64,000 bases of DNA from Macrostomum lignano (lineage: Eukaryota): assembly GCA_002269645.1 (NCBI GenBank), contig NIVC01000164.1, positions 62,001 through 126,000 of the forward strand. The letters are read 5' to 3'. Below the pieces are notes generated by a model. That model searched no databases. It was not told the DNA's origin and worked only from the letters and a program-made list of their open reading frames with translations. The translations under genes were made by a program, and so were the position numbers. This document shows positions 13,013-26,449 of this stretch, piece after piece (the first letter of the stretch is position 1; each line of letters opens with the position of its first letter).

Positions 13013-13659
13013 AACTCCCTATCCTGTTAACCATACTATAGGCCTGGCTAGGAATTAACGTTTGGGTTAGGGTTAGGTCCGGCAGTGAAAAAAAATTGTC
13101 ATGGACCCAACCGTGTCTTAACCAGTTAACCCACACATATACTGCATTTGGGACTGTCAACCATGTTTCAGTGAATGCCCTCGTGGGTGACTGAGCTTCA
13201 TCGATTAGTCATCCAGTTATGACCAATCCCAAAAATTTCATTGACTATTTCTCTTTTTTCGCATTACCGTTACCCAAACTTGAAGAATTAAGACAAGTTA
13301 TTGAAAAAAGAAACTCGATTTGATCTGAATACTTATGATTCCAGTGTAATATTAATTAATAAATATATACATACATAAATATGACAAAAGCACAGGTCAA
13401 AAATGTTAGCATCAAAGGAGCAAATCTGTGTGCACAGCAACAGTTGATGAGTATTGGCGTATTGTCAAATTATCTACGAACCAAGCGTAATAAAAAGGAT
13501 AAAAATTATGTCATATTGAATCACAATATAGAAATTTGTTACTGCTATAAACCAGCTGAATAGGATGAAAACAAAACCAAATTTACATCTGATTTTTGAC
13601 AGACAAAATTAGCCCACAGTTTTTGATCCACAATTACTCGTATACATAAGACAGCGATG

Positions 13660-13980
13660 GGTGCCGTAGCACTGTGGTCCAGTGCGGTGCTCTGATGTGC
13701 CAGCGGCCCAGGCTCGATTCCAAGTGCAGTTACATTGATTTGGGGCTAACTTGGAATCTCGGCCTGGCTCTGCTCGAGCAATTAACGGCCCTGAGGGCCA
13801 ACTCACAAGGCACAGTGAAGTGTACATGCCTAACCATAAATAAAGTAAATACGTACGTATGACTGCGTACGTATCCGCACGCTTGTGTGCCTGCTCAGGG
13901 GAGTCGGCGAAATGAGCAGTAATGCCTCTCGCCAATTGTGTGACAATGTGGCTTAAAGTGCGCCAGGGGTGCACACAGCC
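13660..13980 (+). mobile_element. tRNA-derived SINE family B, copy 2
   Basis: Direct-orientation homologue of 12657-13012; shares CAAGGCACAGTGAAGTGTACATGCCTAAC and the 3' end GTGCGCCAGGG. Confidence 0.75.
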
Positions 13981-14190
13981 CATCTGACCCTAATTAAAAC
14001 TAACTACACAAGACAACTCAGCTTCCCTGTGAGAATCAGTTTGATTGGTAAAAATACTATCAAAAGGCAACAAGAAGTCACAATTTCAACCGTTCTCTAC
14101 TCTTGTTAAAGTTTTGGTTCCATGTTCTCATGTATTGTTTTGGGTTTAATTGAAAATCTCGACAGGAACCTGAGTGAATCAGTCAATGAA

Positions 14191-17100
14191 TCAACCGGCA
14201 GTCGGACCCTCAATCAAGCCTTTATCGCGCAGATTCAAAATCGAATCGGCAATAACGCGCGCGTTGCTGCGCTGATAACCGCCGCTGGTTACCATGACAA
14301 CTGGGATGCCGCGTGTTCGACAGGCTCGGAACACTAGCTCGTCGCGTCTGATGATGCCCTGCGATTGTTGAGAAAAGGCAAAAATTCGCCAGTAGGAACA
14401 GTAAGACATCAGTCTGCAACCATTAAGACAATGCGTTCAAGCAGTCTGTCACTCTGCAGACAAACTAGCAATCAGCCTGTCACTCTATAGACACTAGCAA
14501 TCGACCTGTCGTTCTATAGACACTAGCAATCATCCTGTCACTCTATAGACACTAGCAATCAGCCTGTCACTCTATAGACACTAGCAATCAGCCTGTCACT
14601 CTATAGACACTAGCAATCAACCTGTCGTTCTATAGACACTAGCAATCATCCTGTCACTATAGACACTAAGAATCTGCCTGTCACTCTATAGACACTAAAA
14701 ATTAGCCTGTCACTCTATATGGACACTAAGAATCCGCCTGTCACTCTATATAGACACTAAAAATCAGCATGCCTAATGCTTTATCTACCCCCCGCGGCTC
14801 ACGTTCGGAGTGATTCGCATCAGTCCCAGAGGATCGCCGTCCATAATGTCGGTACCGGCATTGTACAGCACCAGTTGCGGCTGGAAGGAACCATTCAGAG
14901 ACTCCTCTAGAGCTTTCGACACCTCGTCCAGGTAGGCGTTGTCACCAACTCCGGCAGTGAGATCGACACTGCAGCTGATCGCGGCTGAGATTGAGTAGGG
15001 AGCAACAACCGCGAAGATTAGGAACTGCTCTGATTATGGACAAAATTCTAATTTAATATTGTATGTATGCATATATTATGTCAATAGAAGGGGTCGTAGC
15101 CTAGTGGTTACAGCGTCGGACTCACGATTCACGAATTGAAGGTCGGGGGTTCGATTCTCGATCCCACTGGAACAATTTGTGTCATTGAGCAAGACACTCA
15201 ACTCTGCAGTGCTTCAGTTCACCCAGCTGTAAAATGGGTGCCAGCATTAGCTGGGGTAACTGAGAGTGTGTTGGGACTTCCCAGTCCTTGGACTGAACAG
15301 CCGTACTCAGCCTTCAGATGCGCCGCGCAATAGCTGCGGCTGAGCTGTCGGCTGCACATCAATTATTATGTTATGCATGGGTCCTAGATAATGTCATGTT
15401 ATACCAGTCCTAAATTGTGAGCCTGCCATGTATGGGTTACACATTTAGTTGTCATCTGTGTCACCTATGGGCCACAGAAGTTTATATCAGATAGTTATAT
15501 ATAGACGCACTATCTTATCTGTCACGGAAACCTATCACATTGATCAAATAGAGTAACTCACGCTTGGCCGCATTGTCCCCCGGATAAATTTGCACATTGT
15601 AGGCGTCCAATATGAAGACAGTTTTATCGCCTAGAAAGTCCCTCTCGTGCCCGTTGCCCTGGTGAGCGTCGAGGTCAACAATCATGGCCCGTTGAATTTG
15701 GCTTTCCGGACCGGCGTAGCCGCGCTGCAGGAATTTCACAGCCATGGTGATATCGGCGTAGGCGCAAAATCCGCCGCCTCTGTAGCCGCAGCAGTGATGA
15801 AATCCGCCGCCAATGTTGATGGCCCAGCCGCGATCTAGGGCGAGCTTGGCGGCCTGTTTAATTGATTGAAGATAACTGCCGATATGTATCGAAAGTAATA
15901 TAAGTCAACTGCCGATATGTATCGAAAGTAATATAAGTCAACTGCCGATATGTTTTATGTATCGAAAGCAGTATAAGTCAACTGCCGATATGTATCGAAA
16001 GTAATATACGTCAACTGCCGATATTTATCGAAATTGAATTTGCTTTTGATTGGCTTACTAATGATTAGTAATTAATCGAGTCACTAGATCAAATTACCTA
16101 CCGACATGTACCTTAAGGTAGATGTTTATTGACCCAGGAATAGGCATCAAGAAGCTCAAATCAATTGTTGATATACATGTGTCAAACTGCTTTGGTCTAT
16201 TTAACCGTTAGTTCGTTAGTTTAAATAGTTTATTTAAATTAAAGTCACTGGTAAGGAATACTAGCTAGTCAAATGGGTCTTAGTTTGTCACAAGACAGTT
16301 TCTAAGAATTCGTGTTTGAAAATGATTTCGCTTTTTTAACTGAAGCGCGATTTTTTATCACAAAATATACTCATAAATCAACTGCATAAGCTGCAACTTC
16401 CTACTCAAGCAGGAGATAATCCTTCTGTCTGTGACCAAAAATTACCCAATAACGAAAGCCTACGGAAGAAAAGAAAATCTTTTTTGAAACAAAAACAAGA
16501 TAAGTAGGGGGGCTTGTCGAGGCCAAAGCCTGAGAGAAAGTAAACTCACACTGAGCGAAGGGCTCCAAAACTTTTGACTTGACACAATAAAAAACCACAG
16601 AATGACGCGCCACTTCAGCAATGTTGGAATCTTTTGGCAGAGAACTGTACTGCTAGCGCTGGTATTCATCTGCACTGTGGTAAGTGAACTCCATCTTTGC
16701 TGTGTTTTTTCAAGGGGTGGGTAATAATATCCAAGGCTGGGATGCCAGTTTCATAAGACAACGTCTTTACTCGAAGATCAAAAGTTTGAGTACAAGCACA
16801 TTAGCTAAGTGCAATAGTTTCGATGTCGAAGCTAACAACTGTATTTAACAGCCCCTATCTTCGGTTTCAGTTAATAATCTACCAAATTGACCCGAGCTAT
16901 GACTTGAACGACAGCAAAGTGGAATTTTACGAAGACTTCGGCGATAAAGCGTCGAAGAAAGAGGTGCTAATTAACAGTGATAGTGAAAACAAAGAGAATA
17001 GCCTGGATCTGCCAGTGGAAGCTGAGAAAGTACCGGAACCAACACCTGTGTATAACAAGCCAGAAAGCACAGCTCAGCAACCTGAAAGCCTAATACAACA

Positions 17101-20100
17101 GGAACAAATAACTAATCAGAATTCAGCTAATGAGGAGATCCCTGTGTCAGTCAGCAAAGACAGCCTTAGTGATGTCAGACCTGATTCTATCATAGCCTCT
17201 GCTATAGAAGGCATTAAAGTTGCTGCTTCACCACCGCCTCAACAAGAAAATTCAGCTGAAACATCCGTGACAATATCTGAAACATCAGAAGAGCCAAGGG
17301 TATCTCTACCGTCCGTTCAAGAGCACTCAATAACAAGCATACCTAAAATAATTCACCAAATCGCACCAAGTGAGATTCTTCCAATAGTCTATCAATCATT
17401 GATAGAGAGCTGCCTAACCCAGAATGCTGGCTGGCAATATTACATGTGGCGCGACCAAGACAGAGACGCTTTTCTTGAAATTCGATATCCTCATCACGCC
17501 GATTGGTTTAGCAAACTGTCCAGCAGACAGCAACAGGATCAACTATTTCGCTTCTTTGTGCTGCAAGTTTATGGAGGAATCTACCTAGACACGGATATGG
17601 AATGTCTTAAACCAATGGAATCGCTGCTAACGAATATCAGCCTGTTTGTAGGAGCGGAACGACCTGAACTATCAAAAATTGTTCGAAATGTTGATCAATC
17701 AGCTGAAATAACAGCAGTGGCCGGCGCGCCAGGTCACAAAGTGTTCAGTAATCTTATTGAGCAGTTAAGTAGTCTGCCAACCGAACCAGTTGATGTTAGC
17801 TCACTGCTAACTACTGCATTTGATGCCTATAGCAAATCAGTATCTAGTGATGACCCCAAAGTGAATTGTACACTGCGAGACTATCACTATTTTGGACCGG
17901 CGCTTAATTGGTCATTTCCTTGGAACGACTTTTGCAAGGAGCTGCTTCGCGGTGAGTTTTATCAGTGGTTAGGAAGGGATGCATGAAATTTTGTCTAGTC
18001 ATTTTGTACGTAGTCAAATTGCGGCAGTCAGTGGTCGTAGACCCCGTTAAGAACCATTCATAGCTCGTACAACAGCGCATCAGATTAAATATAGCCATTT
18101 CCATCGCATGCATTACCCAATGCGACCTCAATCCAGTGACAACTTTATAGCCACTGTTCACCCAACGGAGACTACCAATAGCGGAATAACATCATGCTAT
18201 TCGAATATTAAGCCTCTATCCATCCACCCACCCGTGTACTCCATCTAAACTCAATCGCTTGACAAAATCCACCAAACAATTAGATTTGAATATTCTGAAC
18301 CCTGGAGAACTAAAAACCCTTGATCGATCAATTAAAGAAATCATTAGCCACCAACTGACGATACATATTGTGAAAAATCAGCTTTTTACTAAATGATAAG
18401 CTAATATAACAAACACAGACTGCTTGCTTAACACCATCGAAAGTTGCTAAATACAAATAACTTAAGGAAAGTGTGAGTGTCTTCCATAAGACTAACACAG
18501 AAAGGCGCAGTTCTTTTTCAAATAAGAGTTAAATAACACCAGTGCACTCAGTACGACAACCCCGCGCTTATATCTGCATCCGAGCATAGTTATTACACGG
18601 TCGATAATTTTCTGCGGCAAGAGAAAGTATATTTAATTGCGTAATATTTACGCAAAAGCCTACTTATAGTAGAGTAGTATAAGAAAACCCAATAAAATGT
18701 GATTCTGTTTGATTTTTTTAACTTTGAATTCCGGAAATAAAAACTGAGTGCAGAATATTTCACTGACTTGTGCGACAGAATCCGGGGTTCTAATTTATTA
18801 GACTAGCCCTAAAGCACAGATCAAAAAGACAATCATACAGTGTAGGACAAGTCAAGTAAATTGTACGAAGGTCATTGGATCATTTCTTTTACAGTCATGC
18901 TTTGAGTTGGCCAAAATCTTCAAGCTAACAGCTATGAGAAATGAGAAAAAGAGTTTTTATACTTGATTGCACAAACGTACACCAAGTGTGCCTGCGTACA
19001 CATTCGTGTGCTTGTTAACCAAATAGGTTAAAAATTAAAAAATACTCACTGTTGTAGAATCCCACCTACACTATCTTAACAAAACTGTAAATAATTTAAT
19101 TCAATTTCGTTTCAGACAATCTGCCATCGGATGCAACTCCGTCTGAACAACAGGGGTTCGAAAAGAAACGACAAGGCTGCATCGAATTGCGCCAGAAAAA
19201 TTGGACACTCTTAGAGTTAAGCGAGGACACCTTGGCGGTGTACAGGTATTCGAATTTAAACTTGGCAAATAGTAATGAGAACTTGTTCAATCTTACTCAA
19301 CAATATCCAGATCGGGTGACTTTTTACAGAACAGTTGGAGTGATTTGAAGCAGTAAGGCTATGTTATAATAACATACATGCGCAACCTTGGGAATCACTC
19401 GGCCGTTTCTATTGGCAACACACACACATGTAAGTCGCTATTGGCTGAGAGCAGTCACATGACTACTATTCCGTCCAATAGCCACTTACATGTGTGTGTT
19501 GCCAATAGAAACGCCCGGGTGAATTCCTAGGTTGCGCCCAAGCATGTTATAATAGCCAGTGTCACCCATACATATTCTTATAATTGCTAATACAAATCTG
19601 GTGACGGGACTATACGCTTGGATTAATATTTAGCATCTCATATACTGAAGTTACTCGTAAATTTTTTTTGTTTAAAATTGCGCAACAAATAGGTAATGAC
19701 AATTACCTATATATTATTTAATAAGATTTTATAATAAGAAAGGTTATAAAGTATTGTAAAAATAGACCTCTCTTTTGTCGCGTACTTTTATTGGTGACAG
19801 AATGAACATAATCATAATTATGAATATGCACTCAATTACTATCTACTTAACTCTACAAATACAATGAATGCACGAAATATTTTAATTGCTACAGCGACTT
19901 ATTAATTTCAAACCGATGGATACTTGCTTATTGTTAATCTTCATAAAATCACTAATGAAATACAGGCCTATGGGCAATCACTCGGATCCCAAGGCTTAAA
20001 GGGAATTGTTTGAATCTCAAGTCTCAGGGCCCAGATTCTTAAGCTCAGGTGGAATTCCATAGATTTCAGGACTCAAGGGAAATTGCTCAGATCACAAGGC

Positions 20101-22038
20101 TCAAGTCAAATTGTTGAGGTGCCAATGCTCGTGTTAATGCCATGTGTCAACCCTGCTTAAATAATATAAAATCCTTATGGTAACTACTTTTTGCAACTAC
20201 ATTTTCTTTGATAGAGTATAGTAAAAACATTATGCTAAATCATATCAGAGCTACTATAAGTAAATAAGTGGCATATTGTAAATAAAATTTGAAATAACTC
20301 ACCAGCACTGTGCCGCCAACATGAAATCGGAACGGTTTTAGTACTTTGCGTTGCACTATAAAATTTGGCAGCATAGCAACTAGGCCCACTTCCGTAACTC
20401 TGGCCACATTAGCGCTCCACTGTTTGAATGGATAGAAGGTCAATAAAATACTGTGGTTCAGGCTAAAACCGTTCATTTACAATACACAAAGTAAGGAAAG
20501 AAGAAAGGGGAAAAGGGGAGGGAAAAAAGAGACGGGACAGGGGAGGGGAAAGAAGAGACGGGAGAGGGGAGGGAAAGAGAGACGGGAGAGGGGAGGGGAA
20601 AGAGAGACGGGAGAGGGGAGGGGAAAGAAGAGACGGGAGAGGGGAGGGGAAAGAGAGACGGGAGAGGGGAGGGGAAAGAAGAGACGAGAGAGGGGAGGGG
20701 AAAGAAGAGACGGGAGAGGGGAGGGGAAAGAGAGACGGGAGAGGGGAGGGGAAAGAGAGACGGGAGAGGGGAGGGGAAAGAAGAGACGGGAGAGGGGAGG
20801 GGAAAGAGAGACGGGAGAGGGGAGGGGAAAGAGAGACGGGAGAGGGGAGGGGAAAGAGAGACGGGAGAGGGGAGGGGAAAGAGAGACGGGAGAGGGGAGG
20901 GGAAAGAAGAGACGGGAGAGGGGAGGGGAAAGAGAGACGGGAGAGGGGAGGGGAAAGAAGAGACGGGAGAGGGAAGAAAAAGAGAGACGGGAGAGGGGAG
21001 GGGAAAGAAGAGACGGGAGAGGGGAGAAAAAGAGAGACGGGAGAGGGGAGGGGAAAGAAGAGACGCGAGAGGGGAGGGGAAAGAGAGACGGGAGAGGGGA
21101 GGGGAAAGAGACGGGAGAGGGGAGGGGAAAGAAGAGACGGGAGAGGGGAGGGGAAAGAAGAGACGGGAGAGGGGAGGGGAAAAAAGAGACGGGAGAGGGG
21201 AGAGGAAAATAAAGACGGGAGAGGGGAGGGGAAAGAAGAGACGGGAGAGGGGAGGGGAAAGAAGAGACGGGAGAGGGGAGGGGAAAGAAGAGACGGGAGA
21301 GGGGAGAGGAAAATAAAGACGGGAGAGGGGAGGGGAAAGAAGAGACGGGAGAGGGGAGGGGAAAGAAGAGACGGGAGAGGGGAGAGGAAAATAAAGACGG
21401 GAGAGGGGAGAGGAAAATAAAGACGGGAGAGGGGAGGGGAAAGAAGAGACGGGAGAGGGGAGGGGAAAGAAGAGACGGGAGAGGGGAGAGGAAAATAAAG
21501 ACGGGAGAGGGGAGGGGAAAGAGGAGACGGGAGGGGAGGGGAAATAAAGACGGGAGAGGGGAGGGAAAAGAGGAGACGGGAGAGGGGAAGAGAAAGAAGA
21601 GACGGAACAGGGGAGGGGAATGGAGCCGAAGAGGGAGACAGGTGAGGGGAAACAGGGGAAGAGCACCAGAGAATGTGGAAAAGAGGAAGTGAGAAAAGTT
21701 CGCACATTCAGGAAATTAAAAACCCAATCGAACCGCACTTTAAGTGAGTTCAAATAGTCAGCCGTGTGCACTTTCAACAAATCCGCCTCTTGCGCTTCAA
21801 GTGGCTGCACAAGCTGATGCTGCTGCAGCAGTCCAGCCTCAATCAGGAAGCCAACAATTTTGCCCCATTTGCCCGAATCGAATGGATGAAGCTTTTCTAG
21901 GCCAGCAAAACTGATATTATAAGATGGATGATAGACAATTGGCCAGCTACTTTCAGGCACAGAAATGTACAGCGGACTGAGATAGCTGGTAGACTCTTTA
22001 GCTGGCCCAGCACCAGCTTCTGAAGCATTGCTAGCCAT
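14191..22038 (-). CDS. HDAC11: Histone deacetylase 11; exons 22038-21739, 20419-20303, 15853-15562, 14984-14803, 14358-14191 (352 aa)
   Basis: All introns are GT-AG and phase-compatible. Motifs WPIVY..YNI.F.GLEKLHPFD.GKW, GWAINIGGGFHHC, DLDAHQGNGHERDF, YNAGTDI..GDPLG and TSGGYQ are present. Confidence 0.95.
14445..14765. repeat. About 29-bp minisatellite filling HDAC11 intron 4
   Basis: Unit CTAGCAATCAGCCTGTCACTCTATAGACA, about 11 copies. Confidence 0.9.
15088..15360 (+). mobile_element. SINE family A, full-length copy in HDAC11 intron 3
   Basis: Head, core and tail are collinear with the copy at 46360-46625. Confidence 0.8.
15875..16035. repeat. 33-bp tandem repeat next to the HDAC11 exon 3 acceptor
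   Basis: Unit AACTGCCGATATGTATCGAAAGTAATATAAGTC, about 4-5 copies. Confidence 0.85.
16602..19348 (+). CDS. Type II membrane glycosyltransferase, family GT32 (DXD sugar-binding); exons 16602-16679, 16871-17951, 19116-19348 (about 463 aa), nested in HDAC11 intron 2
   Basis: Exon 1 encodes a short tail plus hydrophobic anchor, followed by an S/E/P-rich stem and motifs IPKIIHQ, WQYYMW.D and FVLQVYGGIYLDTDMECLKP. Donor GTAAGT at 16680 pairs with the acceptor at 16870 (phase 0); donor GTGAGT at 17952 pairs with the acceptor at 19115 (phase 1). The last exon is less certain. Confidence 0.8.
19357..19557. mobile_element. About 200-bp palindromic MITE-like element
   Basis: GGCTAT..TTATAA at the left end and TTATAATAGCC at the right end; internal arms GTTTCTATTGGCAACACACACACATGTAAGT and ACTTACATGTGTGTGTTGCCAATAGAAAC. 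Confidence 0.7.
20490..21660. repeat. GA-rich minisatellite (about 23-26 bp) filling HDAC11 intron 1
   Basis: Unit GAGACGGGAGAGGGGAGGGGAAAGA(A); source of the spurious P/S/L-rich ORFs. Confidence 0.95.
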
Positions 22039-22399
22039 GCACTCAGTATTGGGCTAGGCCAATTGTGTTTTTGCTGTAGCAGACAATAGATACCAATGTG
22101 CAGATGCAAGCTTAATGGCTGAATTTGGGAAGCAAAACAAAAAGAAATAAGTTTATTCTTTTAGAAGATTATAAATGCAAAAATTAAAGTAACTGTTATT
22201 TAAATATGGCAAGACTTATTAGTTAAAAATACTATAAGTATATCAATCAATTTTGCACACAGTATATAAACTATTTAGAAAAAATACATGGATTTTAAAA
22301 AAATTGAGGTATCTAATTATATTGAATTTAGCTGTATAATCTGTTTAACTTGCCAAAAAAAGATAGAGAAACAAAAATTAAAGTACCTATTAATAAGTA

Positions 22400-22790
22400 A
22401 CATTAAAAAATTGAATGCTTACAGAAGGAATTGCTAAGATATCAAGGTTTATAGGGTAATTATTGAGATATGAAGGCTTACAAAAGGAAATGCTAAAATG
22501 TATAGGCTTACAAAGGGAATTGCTGAGATATCAAGGCTAACAAGGCAATTGCTTAAATAGTATATAGGGAGGATCACCAAGATGTCTAGGCTTATTAGGG
22601 GGGAGGGCATTGCTAAAGTATCAATGCTGACAAAGTAAGGGGAATAGCTAAGATGTTAAGGCTTACGTTGGAAGTACTGATATATCAATGTTGTTAAAGG
22701 GAATTGCTAAGATGTCAAGGTTTATAGGAGAAATTACTAAGACATCAAAGTTGATAAGAAAGAATTATTAATATGTCAAGGCTAAAGGGT
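22400..22790. repeat. Degenerate tandem repeat of about 37-38 bp
   Basis: Recurring GGAATTGCTAAGATATCAAGGCTTAC-like units. Confidence 0.6.
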
Positions 22791-25700
22791 CAAAAGCTAT
22801 TATGTAGTTTCCTTAATTTTTATTGCATTCTTTGTTGAGTTTATAATAGTTATTATTTGCTAATTATTTTTAATAATATTGAGCTAGTATATTTTGTATC
22901 TTTATTTACATTTTTGCTACTTATTGTAAATATATCCTTTAGGCAGTTATAGATAATCAATATATATGCTAAATTATATATATCTTGTATAAGCATTGTA
23001 ATTTATAGATTTTTTATACTAGAACTTATTATTTTGTTCAATTTTAAAAATATATAAAGGTAGAAATAGTTTGCTATTTTCCTAATGAAGCTAAATAAAT
23101 ATTTTAAAAGTTTTTTATGGCAAAGTATTTTTTTCTTTTCTTTATAGTTTATTTTTATAGAAGTATAATAAGCCTACAAATTTCATAGCAGATAAAATGA
23201 CTTCATTGATAGACTTAATGACTTTAGGCTTATATAAAATTTAAAAAAGATAGTTGACAAATTCAAAGTATAGCATACAAAATCACTATTGTAATAGTCC
23301 TCTAGTTTTATATAGCGGTTTCTTAGAAAAAGTTGCATTTAAAACATACTACTGCTGTTATATTATGCGAATATTAAAAATATTCTTATATGCAAAATAT
23401 TCTGAATATTCTATGTATTAATACTTTGTTTTAAATAATAAGAAAAATTTTACTATAAAAGGGAGTCAGCCAGGAGCCAAAATAAATAACTGCTTCCTTC
23501 CTTTTGGTCTTGTACCATTATTTCAAGCATTGGTCAAGTTTTCCAAAGTCAAATCAGCCTTTGGCCTGTATTTGCTCGTGTTAATTATTTTGAATAATTT
23601 AGGAGTTGCCCCCAAAATTGGGAGTTCAGTCCATTCTCAGAGAACGAGAAATCCTAGACTTAGGAGTCTAGTAACATGCCCTTAGAAGGCAGAAATCCTA
23701 CCACAGGGTAGAGGAATCCAGGCTTAGAGTCTGAGAAACCCGCCTTAGGGCAGAATACCCAGCGAAGTACACTGTGACCTCTGATCCTGGTAATGCCCGG
23801 ACTGAGAGAAACCCTCCTAAAGGAGTGAACTGGGGAAGAAATAGAATTAGGGACTCAGTGCCAGAAAGACTGCTCAGGCCAAGAAGTAAAAATGCTACTG
23901 GAAAAAGTACATACACTACTAGTAAAAGTACATGCACTACCAGTAAGTAGACAGATAATATAATCAGTAAGAGCAGTAATTATAGAGAACAATTACCCTT
24001 GTTACAGCTTTTGGAGATTAGGAGGAGGGATTTTCATAAAGAGACAGAGCCCTGTTACAACTTTGGTGGCATTAGTGGGATATTTTAAATAGAGAACGAA
24101 TAGCCCTGTAATACTATAATTAAGTCACCTAAATTTTAGGCTAATTAAGCCTAGGAAGATTACAAATTATAAAAGCTAGGACTAGACTAAGGCCTATTTT
24201 AGTTTCTAAAAGCTATTGAAACCCATTGAATTCCAATCCCACAACTATATTTGCTTATATTTTAAAATCTAAAGTTATACTCAAACAAAAACTTGTTAAT
24301 AGTTACAATACCATATAGTCAGGATGATGTACATTATGCCAGAAATTTCCAGCATACAATTGAAAATTTAACTTTTTTGGCATACAATTGGCATAAAAAA
24401 TGAAGCAAAATATATTTGGCATACCATTTGGCATGACACCGTGGCATAAATATGCCAAGTAGCGTACACCAACTCCAACCTTCATGCCAAACTCAATATT
24501 AACAATTGTTGGCATAATGCCGTAACCTTAGAATCTTATTATAAAATCATAAAAACCATAAAACTTGTAAGATAAAAGTTTATAACTATTCGTGATTTAT
24601 AAAAATTTAAAATTCAACACAAACTAATCATGTAATTTTCTAAAAAAACTGTAACAAAAAATTGATTTTTGTTGTCATTATTTGTAAGCCAATTTACTTT
24701 AAATGAAAATTAAAGTATTAAACATTTTTTAAATAATTTATTTGAAGAAAAAGAAATCATTTATTTGTAATCTTCATGAAGTTCATGGTACAAAAAAGGT
24801 CATTTATTGTCGCAAAGCCTAGAAAACCTGGCGTAAGTTCCTAGGACCTTGGCATACATTTCAGTATAGAGTGGCATAGATTTTTTTAGCATAGATTTTA
24901 TTCCAGCATATACCATGACATGATCCTAACTATGGTTACAATAGAGTATAGAGATAGGCCTAAACATAAAATGGAATGAATTCATTAAAAAATTAAGATT
25001 TGAATAAAGTATTGATCTTGTTAGTTGAATGTCAGATAGGCTTAATGTCTATTCAAAAAATATTGATAAACTCTAGCCTCTGTCTCTCTCTATATGAATT
25101 GTTGGCAATCTTCCAGTTTGTTTTACAATATTATTCACTTCTTTATTTTAGCTTAAAATGGTAAGTCAATGTGTCATTATGTTGCAGCACCAATTCAAAC
25201 TTGAGAATAATATTGCAAAACAAATTGGAAGATTGCCAGTCTACTCTAGGCCTATCTTGTTAAAAAGTAGCCCTCTACTATTACTATGATAAATGACAAA
25301 TTCTCACATGCCTACTACCATGTTTATTGCTTGACCATATTTTATTATATGACATTTTTACATCTGTGATATAGATGTACATATCTTTGTTAAATAAGTG
25401 TAGATTTTTTGTAATTTTGGTTAGGCCTAGTTTTTCATAATTGCTTCCTATCCAATCAATTTAATATATGAAAAAAAATTATATTTGCAAAAATAAAGCC
25501 TACATAGCCTACTATGTTGTTGCTATAGATTTTTGGTTTGTTGCCAACGATGCCAAATAGGTTGTCGCTATAGCCTAATTAATGACTTGTCGCCAAAAAG
25601 TTTATTGCCAAAATCAACCAGGTTTGGCGCTACTATTTGATCTAGAGTGTGGTATTGGGAACTTTTTTCTAGCAAAAGAAAACAAATTGCTATTCTCCTA

Positions 25701-26449
25701 GCATCGCTCATTGCATAAAGCAATTTTATATTTGACATGAATACAAAAATTATATAACTAAACCAAATATATATAAAACCCCAGATCAACGAAGCTGAAT
25801 TTTACCCGCGGCTTAAACACTCTACAAATTCTTGGAATTATACGAGCGTACGGTATAACAAAAAGTAAATAATATATTGACATACTTAAAAGCAATTAAA
25901 GTACAAATAATAATTAAATAATTATAAGTAAACAAAGTACACTACTTAGAAACTTTACTAAACCAACATCGTTACACTAGTATCTAAAAAAGTCGTACAC
26001 CGATAAATATTTGATAAAGCATTTCGCCGAAACGTCTATCGCCAAAATAATTTATCGCTGAAATGGCCCAATCCCCCAGAGGGATCTCCTAAATATTCCA
26101 TTGCCCTTGGTCTAAGTCGTCATAAAATGTATAATTATCTTACAGATTTTGTCAATCACCATCATGACGATAATGAATATATAAAGATTTCGATTTTCGA
26201 CTGCATCCCTTATCTATGGACTAGGAATAGCATGTATGAATTTGGTTGCCAACTTGCCATCTTACTTAATTTGTTCTTTGTGTTGTCTGTTAACTTGGGT
26301 ATCTCGGTTTATTTGACATGCAATGTACATTGTGTACCTTTTTTAAATTACATATACACAGTGTACAGACCTCTTCATGCACTTCTTGCTATTAAAAAAC
26401 CATTGCAATGATATGAGCCTAATTAGAATCACCATTTGAGTAGACTGCA

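Noticed and set aside
18064-18250. Alternative third exon for GT32 after an AG at about 18063
   Set aside because: It is in phase, but the acceptor is weak and the peptide looks unlike family C-termini. The 19116 exon has a stronger acceptor and more plausible sequence.
23640-23937. Slightly GC-richer island with a 79-aa ORF
   Set aside because: Possibly a decayed repeat, but no recognisable motif or second copy supports a call.
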